From: an uncultured Mollicutes bacterium | Lineage (GTDB): Bacteria > Bacillota_I > Bacilli_A > RFN20 > CAG-826 | NCBI GenBank assembly: GCA_900545015.1 | Contig: UQXJ01000001.1 | Span: 38,477 to 102,476 of the forward strand | Reading direction: 5' to 3' | Length of the DNA: 64,000 nt | Shown here: positions 28,044 through 39,172 of the stretch, piece after piece | Layout: the number at the start of each line of letters is the position of its first letter | Position numbering within the stretch: position 1 is the first letter of the stretch | Notes under the pieces: model-generated | The model's input: the letters and a program-made list of their open reading frames with translations, nothing else | Told to the model about the DNA's origin: nothing | The model's database searches: none | Position numbers and translations under genes: made by a program

Positions 28044-29369
28044 TTATTCATGTGAGCATTCACCACAATCACAGTGGTCATGATGATGTTCGTATTCTCC
28101 TTCACCATATTCATAGTCTAATTTATCGATAAGTTTATCTTTTTCAACAGTAAATTGTTCTTTTGTTTTCATGTCTTTTAAAGTATAAACTCCAGTCTCA
28201 AGTTCTTGATCGCCAATAATAAGTGCATAATTTGCTTTTCTTCTTTCGGCTTTTTTAAACATCTGTCCAAACCCTTTATTTTCTAAGCAAATTTCACAAC
28301 TGTATCCAGACATTCTTATTTCGTTTGCGATTAATAGCGAAGCATCAACTGCTTTTTCGCCCATTGGCATGAGATACACATCAAGTGAATCATCCAAATC
28401 AGCAAATAAATTATCATCATTCATAACGCTGGCCAATCTTTCAATTCCCATAGCAAATCCGCAGCCTTCGACTTGAGGACCGCCAATCTCTTTAACTAGA
28501 TTTGAATAGTGACCACCAGCTCCAATTGCGCCATAATTTTTTCCTAAAGATGACGTGTAATGAAATTCAAAGACAACTCCACTATAATAATCAAGTCCTC
28601 TAACAAGTGAATCATCAACTTCATAAGGAATTCCTAAATCATCAAGATTCTTTTTTACTATTTCAAAACAGTTTTTTGCAGATTCAGTTAAATAATCACT
28701 AATTTTTGGAGCATTCTTAACGATTTCAATATCATGAGGTACTTTACAATCGAGAATTCTTAAGATATTTAATTCAAATCTCTCCTTGCAATCCTCACAC
28801 ATTTCATCTAAATATTTTGAAAAATATTCTTTTAAAGCTTCTCTATATTTTGCTCGGCTTTCATCATCTCCAAGCGTATTGATTTTTAAAGTAACATTTT
28901 CGAAGCCCAACATCATTAATGCATTATAACCCATCGAAATTATTTCGGAATCTCTTTCTGGTTTAATTACACCAACGCATTCAACGCCAAATTGATTAAA
29001 TTGACGATATCTTCCTTGTTGTGGTCGTTCGTATCTAAAATTAGGGCCTACATAATATCCTTTAACAGGGTAGTCTTCCATAGCAAACAATTTATTATTT
29101 ACCATAGATCTAATAGTTCCTGCAGTTACTTCAGGCCTTAATGTAATGCTTCTTCCTCCTTTATCAAGGAATGTATACATTTCTTTTCTAACGATGTCAC
29201 TACTATCACCTACACTTCGTAAGAATAACTCACTAGTTTCTAAAATAGGTGTTCTAAACTCTTTGTAGTTATATAACTCAGCAACTTTTGTCAATACTGT
29301 TTCGATATATGAATATTTTCTTGCTTCATCAATTATTACATCGTGTGTTCCTTTTACTAAATTAAACAT
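28044..29369 (-). CDS. hisS: Histidine--tRNA ligase with His/Cys-rich C-terminal tail
   Basis: Class II HisRS motifs, anticodon-binding domain; tail EYEHHHDHCDCGECSHE. Confidence 0.9.
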   Translation of the reverse strand: MFNLVKGTHDVIIDEARKYSYIETVLTKVAELYNYKEFRTPILETSELFLRSVGDSSDIVRKEMYTFLDKGGRSITLRPEVTAGTIRSMVNNKLFAMEDYPVKGYYVGPNFRYERPQQGRYRQFNQFGVECVGVIKPERDSEIISMGYNALMMLGFENVTLKINTLGDDESRAKYREALKEYFSKYLDEMCEDCKERFELNILRILDCKVPHDIEIVKNAPKISDYLTESAKNCFEIVKKNLDDLGIPYEVDDSLVRGLDYYSGVVFEFHYTSSLGKNYGAIGAGGHYSNLVKEIGGPQVEGCGFAMGIERLASVMNDDNLFADLDDSLDVYLMPMGEKAVDASLLIANEIRMSGYSCEICLENKGFGQMFKKAERRKANYALIIGDQELETGVYTLKDMKTKEQFTVEKDKLIDKLDYEYGEGEYEHHHDHCDCGECSHE

Positions 29370-29447
29370 AATTACCTCGTTTTCCTAATAATTATAAATA
29401 ATTATTAATTACATATGCAAGTTTTATCCAAGTTTTGTTATTGAAAC

Positions 29448-31736
29448 TTAATGAATGATTCTTTTAACAGAATAAACATCCTTCATGCTTCTTAAAATAT
29501 CACTAATTTTCATAAATGCTTCATTGTTAGCGACATAAATTTGAGCATAAACATCAACATTGCTAGTATCTGGTCTAGTTTTTGCTGAAATTTCAGTGCA
29601 TTTGATTTTATTAGAGCTAAAAGCATTCAAAACATCGACGACAAGATTATTTCTATCATTACATTCAATAACAATATCCACTGGATACGATTTACTTGAA
29701 TCCAAATTCTCTTTCCAATGAACTTCTATTAAACGTTGTTTTAAATTTGCCACGTTTGGACAATCAACTTTATGAACAGTAATACCATTTCCTTTAGTTA
29801 CATATCCAACTATTTCATCCCCCGGTATTGGAGTGCAACAATTTCCTAAAGTAATTTTAAATCCTGTTTGATTATCAACAGTAACAGGGCATTTATCATC
29901 ATCAAAATTCTCTTTTTTAAATAGCTTTGCATCGTTAGTTTTTTTCTTAATTCCTAAGAATTCACAAATCTGAGCAGGGTTAGGGTTGTGAGAGTAAATT
30001 TGAATAAAAAGGTCATCAATAGTAGATACTTGGTAGTTTTTTAGTACTTTTTCAGTACTTAGCAATTCAATCATTTTCTCTTCATTGATATCTCTATCTC
30101 TGAAAAATTCAAGACAAGTTTGTTTGCCTTGTTTGATTTTATCATCTCTTAAGAAGTCTTCGTTCTTTTTTGCTAAAAACTTTTTAATATGAAATTTTGC
30201 ACTATTAGTTTTAACAATATTTAACCAGCTTTCATTTGGTCCTGGCGAAGTTTTGGATGTTTTAATTTCAACAACATCTCCTGTTTTTAATTGTGTATTT
30301 AATGGTACGAGATTACTATTAACCATTGCACCAACTGTTGTATCACCAACTTTAGTATGAATCTTATAAGCTAAATCAAGAGGAGTTGATCCTTTAGGCA
30401 AATCAATAACTTTTCCTTTAGGCGTAAAAACATAAACGTTAGCTTCAAAAATATCTTTACTAAGTGATTGCATGCATTCAGTTGCACTCTCATCTTTTAA
30501 ATCTTTATTAATACTTATAAAGTCTCTAAACCAATGCAACTTTTCTTCGATTTCATGTTGTTCATCGTTAGGATTATAGTGTGCGCCTTCTTTATATCTC
30601 CAATGTGCAGCAACACCAGTCTCTGCGACTTCATCCATTTCTTTTGTTCGTATTTGCACCTCGAATACATTACCATCTCCAGCAATAATTGATGTATGTA
30701 AGGATTGATACATATTAGGCTTAGGCATTGCTATATAATCCTTAAATCTGCCAGGAATTGGTTTAAATGAAGCGTGTATTAAGCCTAAGATTTCATAGCA
30801 ATTAATTTCTGTCTCAGTAATGATTCTAATTGCTAAGAAATCATAAATTTCTTCAAAAGTATGACCTTTCACATACATCTTCTTATAAATTGAATAGATT
30901 GACTTAATTCTTGATTCGATTTCAAATTGAATCTTATGTTCAATCAAAATATCAGCAATTTTTTTCTTTAATATATTTAATGCTTTTTGCCTATTTTTCA
31001 CCTTTTCATCAAGCATTATAGAAATTTGATGATACTCTTGAGGCTTTTCAACTTCAAGCGAAAGGTCTTCAAGTTCGCTTTCTACACGGTAGATACCTAA
31101 TCTATGAGCAATTGGAGCAAAAACTTCGAGTGTTTCTTTTGCTAAAGCGTGTTGTCTTTCTGGCTTTAAAGCTTTAATTGTTCTCATGTTATGTAATCTA
31201 TCAGCCAATTTGATAATAATAACGCGAACATCTTTAGCCATACCTAAGAAAATTTTTCTATGATCTTCAGCAACAAATTCTTCTTCTGTTCTTCTCGAAA
31301 GCTTCATACGTTGAATTTTAGTAAGTGAGTCAACAATTCTAGCGCAATCTGAACCAAACATATTCTTTATATCATCAATTGTAGTATCGGTATCTTCAAC
31401 TACATCATGTAAAAAAGCCGCCGCAATCGTTACAGGACCACTTTGAAGTGTTGCACAAATATATGCAACTTCAATTAAGTGTTGTAAATATGGTTCACCA
31501 CTTTTTCTAAAAATTCCAGCATGTTTCATTTTTACGAAGTTGTATGCTTTTTCTATTAATTTTCGATCGTTTTCATCGTGAATATACGCAAAAAAAACTT
31601 CTTGAACATCTTCAAAAGTATGCATTGGATAGCCACCATTTTGTAAAATCTTAACAGGTTGTTCAGAAGAAGATTCTACTTCATTATCTTTTTTTTCTTC
31701 TATTTCTTGAACTTTTTTAACTTCTTCCATGATCAA
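29448..31736 (-). CDS. rel: Bifunctional (p)ppGpp synthetase/hydrolase Rel
   Basis: HD hydrolase, RelA/SpoT synthetase, TGS and ACT domains; 762 aa. Confidence 0.9.
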   Translation of the reverse strand: MIMEEVKKVQEIEEKKDNEVESSSEQPVKILQNGGYPMHTFEDVQEVFFAYIHDENDRKLIEKAYNFVKMKHAGIFRKSGEPYLQHLIEVAYICATLQSGPVTIAAAFLHDVVEDTDTTIDDIKNMFGSDCARIVDSLTKIQRMKLSRRTEEEFVAEDHRKIFLGMAKDVRVIIIKLADRLHNMRTIKALKPERQHALAKETLEVFAPIAHRLGIYRVESELEDLSLEVEKPQEYHQISIMLDEKVKNRQKALNILKKKIADILIEHKIQFEIESRIKSIYSIYKKMYVKGHTFEEIYDFLAIRIITETEINCYEILGLIHASFKPIPGRFKDYIAMPKPNMYQSLHTSIIAGDGNVFEVQIRTKEMDEVAETGVAAHWRYKEGAHYNPNDEQHEIEEKLHWFRDFISINKDLKDESATECMQSLSKDIFEANVYVFTPKGKVIDLPKGSTPLDLAYKIHTKVGDTTVGAMVNSNLVPLNTQLKTGDVVEIKTSKTSPGPNESWLNIVKTNSAKFHIKKFLAKKNEDFLRDDKIKQGKQTCLEFFRDRDINEEKMIELLSTEKVLKNYQVSTIDDLFIQIYSHNPNPAQICEFLGIKKKTNDAKLFKKENFDDDKCPVTVDNQTGFKITLGNCCTPIPGDEIVGYVTKGNGITVHKVDCPNVANLKQRLIEVHWKENLDSSKSYPVDIVIECNDRNNLVVDVLNAFSSNKIKCTEISAKTRPDTSNVDVYAQIYVANNEAFMKISDILRSMKDVYSVKRIIH

Positions 31737-33292
31737 TCCTCCTTATAGGCTTCGGCTTCAGTAACAATTAATTGAACAGAATTATTGTTATTAAAACTAT
31801 TAACATTTAAATATCCATAAAAATTAAGATATTTATTATTTAGTATACTTTTATCAAAATTAAAATACACAATCGATGTATTAAAAGTTAATCTTAAAAT
31901 AATGTGTTTATTATCTTTTGAAAATGTTAAAGTGTCAGTTGGAATTTTTTTAATTTCAAATAAAGGCTTTTCATTTCCTTCGCCAAAAGGACCGAATGTA
32001 CGATAGATATCGTAATTTTCTAATGTTAATTCGCTTGAATCAATAACAATAGATTTTAAATTCTTTTTTAATATAGGCAATTCTTTTGCCATCTCGTTAA
32101 TTCGTTTCTCAAACTCGTTTAAATTGCTAATTTTTAAAGAAAAACCTCCAGCACAGCAATGCCCACCATAATTTTCGAGTATATCAGAACACTCTTGAAG
32201 AGCTTCAGCTATATTGAAGTTTTCATAGGATCTTGCACTCCCTTTAATCATTGAAGGATTATCTTTTACCTTTGTATAAACAAACGTTGGCTTTTTAAAT
32301 TTAGTTAAAACACTATTTGCAATGAGTCCACTTATGCCTTCATTATTTTCATTTTCAAAGAAAATAGCATTATTAGATGAAACAATATTTTCATCAGAAC
32401 TATTCTTTATTATCTCTTTTCTATATTCGTTCGTATTATTAATCCATTTTAGAATCGAGAGCTTATGCTCATCATTTCTTCTAATAAAATATCTAACAAT
32501 ATTAAATCTCAAAGTATCATTGCATATTCTTCCAATAGAGTTTATCTTAGGAATTGCTTTTAAATACAGATCATCTTCTGTAATTAATCCACTTTTATTG
32601 TCTAGTAATAATAAAATTTCATTAAATTTATATTGATTAATAGCCTCTAATCCCTTTCTTGCTAAAATTTTATTATACGAAACCAAAGGCATTACATCGC
32701 TAAAGGTTGATAAAGTTGCTAATGCAAGAAAATAAGGATCAATCTTTTTTAAATATATAATTGAAAAAAAGAAACAAACTTCACCAGCACTGATATTATA
32801 GTCACCAATATTATCAACTTCAGGATGCATTATGAATTCAGTTTTTGGCAATGTTTTTAAAATTTTATGGTGATCTAAAATCACGCATTGAATGCCTAAT
32901 GATTTTGCGTATTCAACTTCATCAATAAGAGAAATTCCGTTATCAACACAAATTATTGCTTCATAGCCAAGTTTATGAAACATATCTATATTTTTCTTAT
33001 TAAGCCCATATCCATCACTTTCACGATTTGGAATATAAAAACCTGGTTTAAATTTATCAGTTGCTATAGTAAGAAATAAAATCGAAGTAGACATGATTCC
33101 ATCGCAATCATAGTCTCCGTAAATGAGAATTTTTTTGCCTTCAAGAATGCATTTTTTAATAAAATCAGCTATTTTTTCTGCATTTTTAAAACTTGTGATA
33201 TCAAGTTCATCAAAAATATCACTTTTTAATTTAGCTTCATATTCATTTGAAGAAATAGAGTAGTAATTTAATAATTTATTAAAAAAGTCCAT
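31733..33292 (-). CDS. recJ: Single-stranded-DNA-specific exonuclease RecJ (short DHH/DHHA1 form)
   Basis: GDYDCDG and DHH motifs, GGH of DHHA1; synteny secDF-recJ-rel. Confidence 0.75.
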   Translation of the reverse strand: MDFFNKLLNYYSISSNEYEAKLKSDIFDELDITSFKNAEKIADFIKKCILEGKKILIYGDYDCDGIMSTSILFLTIATDKFKPGFYIPNRESDGYGLNKKNIDMFHKLGYEAIICVDNGISLIDEVEYAKSLGIQCVILDHHKILKTLPKTEFIMHPEVDNIGDYNISAGEVCFFFSIIYLKKIDPYFLALATLSTFSDVMPLVSYNKILARKGLEAINQYKFNEILLLLDNKSGLITEDDLYLKAIPKINSIGRICNDTLRFNIVRYFIRRNDEHKLSILKWINNTNEYRKEIIKNSSDENIVSSNNAIFFENENNEGISGLIANSVLTKFKKPTFVYTKVKDNPSMIKGSARSYENFNIAEALQECSDILENYGGHCCAGGFSLKISNLNEFEKRINEMAKELPILKKNLKSIVIDSSELTLENYDIYRTFGPFGEGNEKPLFEIKKIPTDTLTFSKDNKHIILRLTFNTSIVYFNFDKSILNNKYLNFYGYLNVNSFNNNNSVQLIVTEAEAYKED

Positions 33293-33300
33293 ATAGTTTA

Positions 33301-33326
33301 AAAAAGGGAAACACGTTCCCTTTTTA
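33301..33326. terminator. Candidate bidirectional hairpin AAAAAGGGAA-acacg-TTCCCTTTTT between secDF and recJ
   Basis: Seen directly. Confidence 0.4.
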
Positions 33327-36182
33327 TTAGTCGTTAATGCCTACAAAGATAGCTTCTTCAGGCTCTCCTGTATCGTCTTCTTTGCTATGTTTTTGTTTTC
33401 TTTCGTTAGAAGAGTTATTCCTTTCCTTATTTTTGATGCCATTAAGTAATTTTGTTATTGACATTTCGAATGGTAGGAATGTTCCTTTAACAAATATCGC
33501 TATTAATAATAACCCACAAAGCATGAATACAAGTGTATTTTTATCAAAAGATGTTGTAAAGAAACAACTAATAATCATAAACGCAACAAACATTAATGCT
33601 GATGTTACAAATACATAAGATAAGTTGTTTTCATATTCGTATCTTTCTTCTCTCGTATCAAGATTAGCTAAATCTTTTTTGTTATCTTTATAAAGATTTC
33701 TTTCATCTAAGAAGAAAATATCAAAGACTAAGTATGTAATTAATGAAATAAGCATTAAACCAAGTGTAACTTCGCTTGTGAATGGTCCTCTAATAAGTGA
33801 GAAGATGCCAACAACAACTGTTAAAATAGATGAACCAATTAATAAAGCAACTACTGACTTAGATAAACCAAATCTTAAGAGTAAATAAGCAAATATACAT
33901 GCTACAGAAATTGCCATTGCAATTGCTACATACATATTATTACTATCATCTGCAACATTAATTGCATTGTTTAATGTAACTTGATAATCAGTTCCAACTG
34001 CTTTTTGAATGGTTGTTGTAATAACTTCTTCAAGGCTCTTTTGTTCGATTTGAGCATCATCGATTTTTAAATAGCCTTTGTCATTTTTATAGTCATAAAC
34101 ATTTCCAAGATCGATAATAAAGTAATATTCTCTATTAGTAATTGGGTTTGTGTCACCGCTTACATATTCATAGTAGAAATAATTAACTGAATTTGATTTG
34201 AAATATTTAGTTTTTTGTTCACTGTCTTTATAAATATTATCTAATGAATTGTTAATCTTAGCTGAATAAGTTTCTAAATCATAATCACTAGATGCATTCT
34301 TAACATTATACTTAACAGTAACCATAGTTGTATTTACAGTACTTGTTTGATTGTAAATATTGCCATTTATAACTTGGAATGTAGTAATTCCGCAAATACT
34401 AGCAAGTAATAATGCAGCGCCGATAATTGATGTAATTCTGTAACTTTTTTTACTTGCTTTTTTCTTAAATGATTCAAAATATTTAGGTTTTTCATCCATT
34501 GAAAGATTTGGAATCATTTTTGTATCAACACTTAATAATTTTAAATTATTGCCAACATAATTTGAGTTATATAAGAACCAAATTACTCCTCTAAAAATAA
34601 TTCCGTTAAAAATTAAATTTAAAATCGAGCCAAATATTAAGATAGAACCGAATGATGCCGTATAAGCATTCGGAATTAAGTAACATGTAAGACCAATAAT
34701 CGCACCAATAACAGAGAAATCTAAAACGTTAAAATTGCTCTTTCTACTTGCTTCTTGATAAGCTTTTTTAGTGTTTTTACCACTATAAAGTTCATTTTTA
34801 GCCTTTGTAAGCCAATACATAACTCCAATTAAAGTTAATGAAGCTACTGCAATTAATCCGATTATAGTGCCTAAGTTAAATTCATTTCCTAAAGCATTAA
34901 ATAATGCAAGTGAAGATATAACATTTCCTAAAGTAACAACAGCACCAATAAATCCAGAAACGCCATAATTCACAAATATAAATAAGGAAACAATCACAAT
35001 TGCAATAATAAATGAAATTAATAATGTTGAGATTTGAACTGATCCAGCACGTTTTAAATATTCTAAGAACGGATCAACAACGTTTGTCGAATTTGAAATT
35101 TGAGATTTATTAATAATATTAATATCATAATGTAATAAATATGATGAATTTAATTTATTACATAATAATGTAGCTTTTTTATATGCAAGTTTGCTGTCAC
35201 TTTCTAAAGAGTTATAAATACTATTTGAAGTTTTGACATCTAAACTTGTTTCACCATTTGCAGCACCTAAATTGTAATATTGGAAATAAACATATTCGTA
35301 AGTTTTACTTTTTTGTTCATCTTCACTTAAGCTACTATCGTAATCCCAGAATAATTTACTTTGATCACTTGTATCCCAGTAAGTAAGTATGTAATTAGAT
35401 AAATTAGCATCAGTAATGTTGCCGTTTTCTCCATCAAGCATAGTTTTAACATTAAAACCAGTAAGCCAGTTGTTTAAGACGAATAATGCTTTTTTTGGAT
35501 CTACCTTTTTAGATTCCTCTTCTTCGCCCGTTGTTGTACCTTCGGCTTTCTTAACACCATTTAAAAATGAATTAGCACTGCTGCTTGAAGATGTTGACTC
35601 ATTTAATTCTGTAATTTTTTCTTTAAATGTTTCAGGCTTACTAAGTTGTAAAACGACATAAGGATAATTGTTTCTATATTCAACTTTAGCTGAACCAGGT
35701 TTAAAGAAAGTATTGTCATCAAGTGAGCCATTGTTTCCTTCAAGATCAGTAACTTGATAGCCCATTTGGAATGAGCCTTCATATGTTCCTAAAGCAAGTG
35801 AATTTGAAAATGTTAAATAACTTACAACATCATCATAATCATTTGCATTATCCTTGAATGTTAATTGGAATGAATCATTGCCAATTGTTTCAAGCTTATA
35901 TTCACTAATGTTTACAGTTGATAATTTTGATTTAACATTATTTAAAACATAATCCATTGCAGTTTCATCATCTGATTCAAATAGCTTTCCATTTTCTGTA
36001 CCATTACTAAAATCGTTTGTAGTTCTCTTATTAGAAATCTTGAAAACATAATTTTTAGAAGATGAGTAATCACCATTGCCATTAATTCCCAAAATTGTAG
36101 GTACTACTCCAACAAGAGCAGCTCCTAGTAATGACACACATAGTGATATATAACCTGTAAATCTTTTCATATTAAACCTCAA
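33327..36182 (-). CDS. secDF: Protein translocase subunit SecDF (fused), unusually long periplasmic domain
   Basis: N-terminal TM plus large loop, two 6-TM bundles, 951 aa. Confidence 0.8.
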   Translation of the reverse strand: MRFNMKRFTGYISLCVSLLGAALVGVVPTILGINGNGDYSSSKNYVFKISNKRTTNDFSNGTENGKLFESDDETAMDYVLNNVKSKLSTVNISEYKLETIGNDSFQLTFKDNANDYDDVVSYLTFSNSLALGTYEGSFQMGYQVTDLEGNNGSLDDNTFFKPGSAKVEYRNNYPYVVLQLSKPETFKEKITELNESTSSSSSANSFLNGVKKAEGTTTGEEEESKKVDPKKALFVLNNWLTGFNVKTMLDGENGNITDANLSNYILTYWDTSDQSKLFWDYDSSLSEDEQKSKTYEYVYFQYYNLGAANGETSLDVKTSNSIYNSLESDSKLAYKKATLLCNKLNSSYLLHYDINIINKSQISNSTNVVDPFLEYLKRAGSVQISTLLISFIIAIVIVSLFIFVNYGVSGFIGAVVTLGNVISSLALFNALGNEFNLGTIIGLIAVASLTLIGVMYWLTKAKNELYSGKNTKKAYQEASRKSNFNVLDFSVIGAIIGLTCYLIPNAYTASFGSILIFGSILNLIFNGIIFRGVIWFLYNSNYVGNNLKLLSVDTKMIPNLSMDEKPKYFESFKKKASKKSYRITSIIGAALLLASICGITTFQVINGNIYNQTSTVNTTMVTVKYNVKNASSDYDLETYSAKINNSLDNIYKDSEQKTKYFKSNSVNYFYYEYVSGDTNPITNREYYFIIDLGNVYDYKNDKGYLKIDDAQIEQKSLEEVITTTIQKAVGTDYQVTLNNAINVADDSNNMYVAIAMAISVACIFAYLLLRFGLSKSVVALLIGSSILTVVVGIFSLIRGPFTSEVTLGLMLISLITYLVFDIFFLDERNLYKDNKKDLANLDTREERYEYENNLSYVFVTSALMFVAFMIISCFFTTSFDKNTLVFMLCGLLLIAIFVKGTFLPFEMSITKLLNGIKNKERNNSSNERKQKHSKEDDTGEPEEAIFVGIND

Positions 36183-36309
36183 TGTTTATAAATAAATTTA
36201 TAAATACTGTATAATTTTACTACTAATAGCAATAAAACAAAAGTAATTTATAACTATATAAACTCATAAAATGTATTTCTTTTTAAAGAGTTTCAATAAA
36301 ATATGTTCT

Positions 36310-37290
36310 TTATGATTGGTAGTAATTTTTCAATATCTTTTTTTCATAAAATTCTTTACCTAATGATGTAATTATTCTTCCTCTAGTTGTTCTTTTAATA
36401 AAGCCAATTGACACCAAAAAAGGCTCAATGTTTTGCTTAATATTTATAACACTTTCGTTAGCGATTGTCGCAATAGATTCTAGACTTACGGGAGTATCTA
36501 AAAATGCGTTATAAAAAACACCTAATATTTTCACATCAAATTTTGTTAATCCATATTCCAAAACATTAATAAAATTAAAAAAATCTTCAATTAAAGAAAT
36601 TGTAATATCCTTTTGCTTTTTATAAATGTAAAAATCTTTGAAACGTTTTAGATAATTATTTAATAAACGTGGATTACTTCTACATCTTATAACGAAAAAT
36701 TCTAATTCTTCTTCACTTTTAAATTGAACATCAAGTTTTTTAGAGTTTATTCTTAAAATTTCTTTTAGTTCATTAATTGTGTATGGCTCAAAATAAAATC
36801 TATTAGTAAAACGTTCAAGTAATGGTGTTGAAATTAATCCATCAAGTGTTGTTGCTCCTATTAAAGTAAAATGTGGAATTTTAACACTTATAATTTTAGT
36901 CTTCTCATCACTTTTATAGGCTATGTGAAGCATAAAGTCGTCCATTACACTATATAAAATTTCTTCAATCTTTCTATCAAGACGATGAATTTCATCAATA
37001 AATAAAATTTCTCCCTCTTTCATTAACGCTATTATTTCAACTAAATCTTGAGGTGATTCTATCATTGGTGCATTAATCGTTTTAATTTTAGTATCAAATT
37101 CTTTAGCAATTACGAAACTTAAACTTGTTTTTCCAGTTCCACTAGGCCCAATGAACAGAGTGTGATCAAGAGTTTTTTTAGTTTCTTTAGCACTAAATAT
37201 ATATACTTTTAATTCTTGAACGATTTGATTTTGTCCAATAAATTCTTTGAACGAATCAGGTCTCAACTCATTAATTTTACTTAGATCCAT
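36310..37290 (-). CDS. ruvB: Holliday junction branch migration ATPase RuvB
   Basis: GPSGTGKTS Walker A, DEIHRL, 326 aa. Confidence 0.9.
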   Translation of the reverse strand: MDLSKINELRPDSFKEFIGQNQIVQELKVYIFSAKETKKTLDHTLFIGPSGTGKTSLSFVIAKEFDTKIKTINAPMIESPQDLVEIIALMKEGEILFIDEIHRLDRKIEEILYSVMDDFMLHIAYKSDEKTKIISVKIPHFTLIGATTLDGLISTPLLERFTNRFYFEPYTINELKEILRINSKKLDVQFKSEEELEFFVIRCRSNPRLLNNYLKRFKDFYIYKKQKDITISLIEDFFNFINVLEYGLTKFDVKILGVFYNAFLDTPVSLESIATIANESVINIKQNIEPFLVSIGFIKRTTRGRIITSLGKEFYEKKILKNYYQS

Positions 37291-37834
37291 CTTTAATCAC
37301 CCTTATTGCTTCAACTAAAGCTTCACTATCATTTAGACCTTTTTTAATTCTTGATAAAGCAATTAAAACTTCTTTATTTTTATATCCAAGTTTTAAGAGA
37401 ACATCACATACATTTTTATATTGTATTTCAATTATTTCATTATCAGTTCCTTTTTCTTTAAGCTCGTATATTAGTCTTTCAGCTTTATTGCCAATTCCAC
37501 TAATACTCTTGAGACCTGCAACATCTTTATTTCTAATGAGATTAAATAGACTACTATAATCTACATTTCTTAATATCTGCATCGCTGTTTTTACGCCAAT
37601 TCCGCTAATAGTTAAAAGCTTTCTAAAAGCATTTAGTTCCTCGACTGAATCAAATCCGTAAAGATAATATTCTTCATCTCTAAAAAAGTCATGAATAAAA
37701 AGATTATAAAGTTCTAGTTCTTTATAAGTGTCTGATTTTGTAACATAAATTTTAAAACATATAGCATCTAAGACCTCTAAATTTATAGAGTCTTTATCAT
37801 GCGATACGACTTTTCCTTTTAAACAATAAAACAA
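37277..37834 (-). CDS. ruvA: Holliday junction DNA helicase RuvA
   Basis: OB N-domain, tandem HhH (ISGIG), 185 aa, upstream of ruvB. Confidence 0.85.
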   Translation of the reverse strand: MFYCLKGKVVSHDKDSINLEVLDAICFKIYVTKSDTYKELELYNLFIHDFFRDEEYYLYGFDSVEELNAFRKLLTISGIGVKTAMQILRNVDYSSLFNLIRNKDVAGLKSISGIGNKAERLIYELKEKGTDNEIIEIQYKNVCDVLLKLGYKNKEVLIALSRIKKGLNDSEALVEAIRVIKDGSK

Positions 37835-37854
37835 ATTATTCTTTTATGAATGAT

Positions 37855-39120
37855 TTATTCGTAATAATCAAACTCGAAGTCACAGAGTTTTACAGTATCC
37901 CCGTCTTTAGCTCCCATATCGTGAAGTTTCTTATCAACACCAATTTTATTTAAATATTGAATAAGTTTCATCATACCTTCATCAGTAGAAATATTAATTA
38001 AGTTGTAAGTTCTTGTTACACGATCGCCAACAATTTCATAAATATGTTCCGATTTTTTAACAATATCAAAGATACTCTCAGTATCATCGAGATTATAAAT
38101 TTCTTCGGCTTCTTCGCTATCGTACACAGGGAATTGAGGTGCATCTTTAAGCATTTCTGCACATTTATATAAAACTGTATTAAGGTTATCTTCAGTAATA
38201 CAAGAAATAGGTATAGCTTTAATTCCAGATTTCTTTTCAAATTCTTTCAATCTATCTTCGGAACCTTCTTCATCCATTTTACTTGCAACAACAATTTGAG
38301 GTCTATCAAGTAAATGCATTCCGTATTCTTTAAGTTCATTTTGTATATCTAAATAATCTTGATATGCATCTCTTGTTCCACTCATATCAATCATATGAAC
38401 TAAAACACGGCATCTTTCGATATGTCTTAAAAACATTAAGCCTAAGCCTTTTCCTTCATGAGCACCTTTAATTAATCCAGGCATATCTGCAATTACAAAA
38501 CTGTTTTCTTTATCGAGTTTTACAACGCCTAAATTAGGGACAATGGTTGTAAAATCATAATCACCAATTTCTGCTTTGCAGTTTGTTACACAGCTAATAA
38601 ATGTAGATTTTCCAACACTAGGAAGACCTATAACACCTACATCAGCTAAAAGTTTTAACTCTAAAACAAGTCTTTTTCTTTCTCCTGGTAATCCGTTTTC
38701 AGCTACTTTAGGACATTTATTTCTTGAATTTTTAAAAGCTGCGTTGCCTCTTCCACCACGACCACCTTTACAAATTAAAAATGTTTTGCCAATTTCGTTA
38801 AAGTCACAGACAAAGTGATGATTTTCCTCTAAAAAAACAACTGTTCCGAGTGGTAAATCGATATAAATGTCTTCAGCTCCACGCCCATATTGGTTTTTTA
38901 TATCTCCATTTTCACCATCATCAGCAATAAATGTTCTTGAATGTCTATAATTTACAAGTGTTGTTGTAGTTCCAGTGCATCTTAAAAATACGCTACCACC
39001 ACGACCTCCGTTTCCACCACTAGGTCCACCTTTTGGCACGCATCTTTCTCTTCTAAAAGCGATTCTTCCATCGCCACCTTTTCCGCTTCTTACTTCAATT
39101 ACAGCCTTATCAATAAACAT
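37855..39120 (-). CDS. obg: GTPase Obg
   Basis: Gly-rich Obg fold GKGGDGRIAF...GGNGGRGGSV, G domain, C-terminal OCT domain. Confidence 0.9.
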   Translation of the reverse strand: MFIDKAVIEVRSGKGGDGRIAFRRERCVPKGGPSGGNGGRGGSVFLRCTGTTTTLVNYRHSRTFIADDGENGDIKNQYGRGAEDIYIDLPLGTVVFLEENHHFVCDFNEIGKTFLICKGGRGGRGNAAFKNSRNKCPKVAENGLPGERKRLVLELKLLADVGVIGLPSVGKSTFISCVTNCKAEIGDYDFTTIVPNLGVVKLDKENSFVIADMPGLIKGAHEGKGLGLMFLRHIERCRVLVHMIDMSGTRDAYQDYLDIQNELKEYGMHLLDRPQIVVASKMDEEGSEDRLKEFEKKSGIKAIPISCITEDNLNTVLYKCAEMLKDAPQFPVYDSEEAEEIYNLDDTESIFDIVKKSEHIYEIVGDRVTRTYNLINISTDEGMMKLIQYLNKIGVDKKLHDMGAKDGDTVKLCDFEFDYYE

Positions 39121-39139
39121 ATTTTCTTATTTCCTTAAA

Positions 39140-39168
39140 GGAAAACCATCTACATAAAGCAGATGGTT
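39140..39168 (-). terminator. Hairpin CCATCTGCTTTATGTAGATGG + TTTT after rpmA, 20 nt upstream of obg
   Basis: Seen directly on both strands (symmetrical). Confidence 0.55.
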
Positions 39169-39172
39169 TTAA

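Noticed and set aside
29370-29447. Possible T-box upstream of hisS-aspS as in Bacillus
   Set aside because: Intergenic region is only 78 nt and lacks the GGTGGTACCGCG motif; too short for a T-box leader
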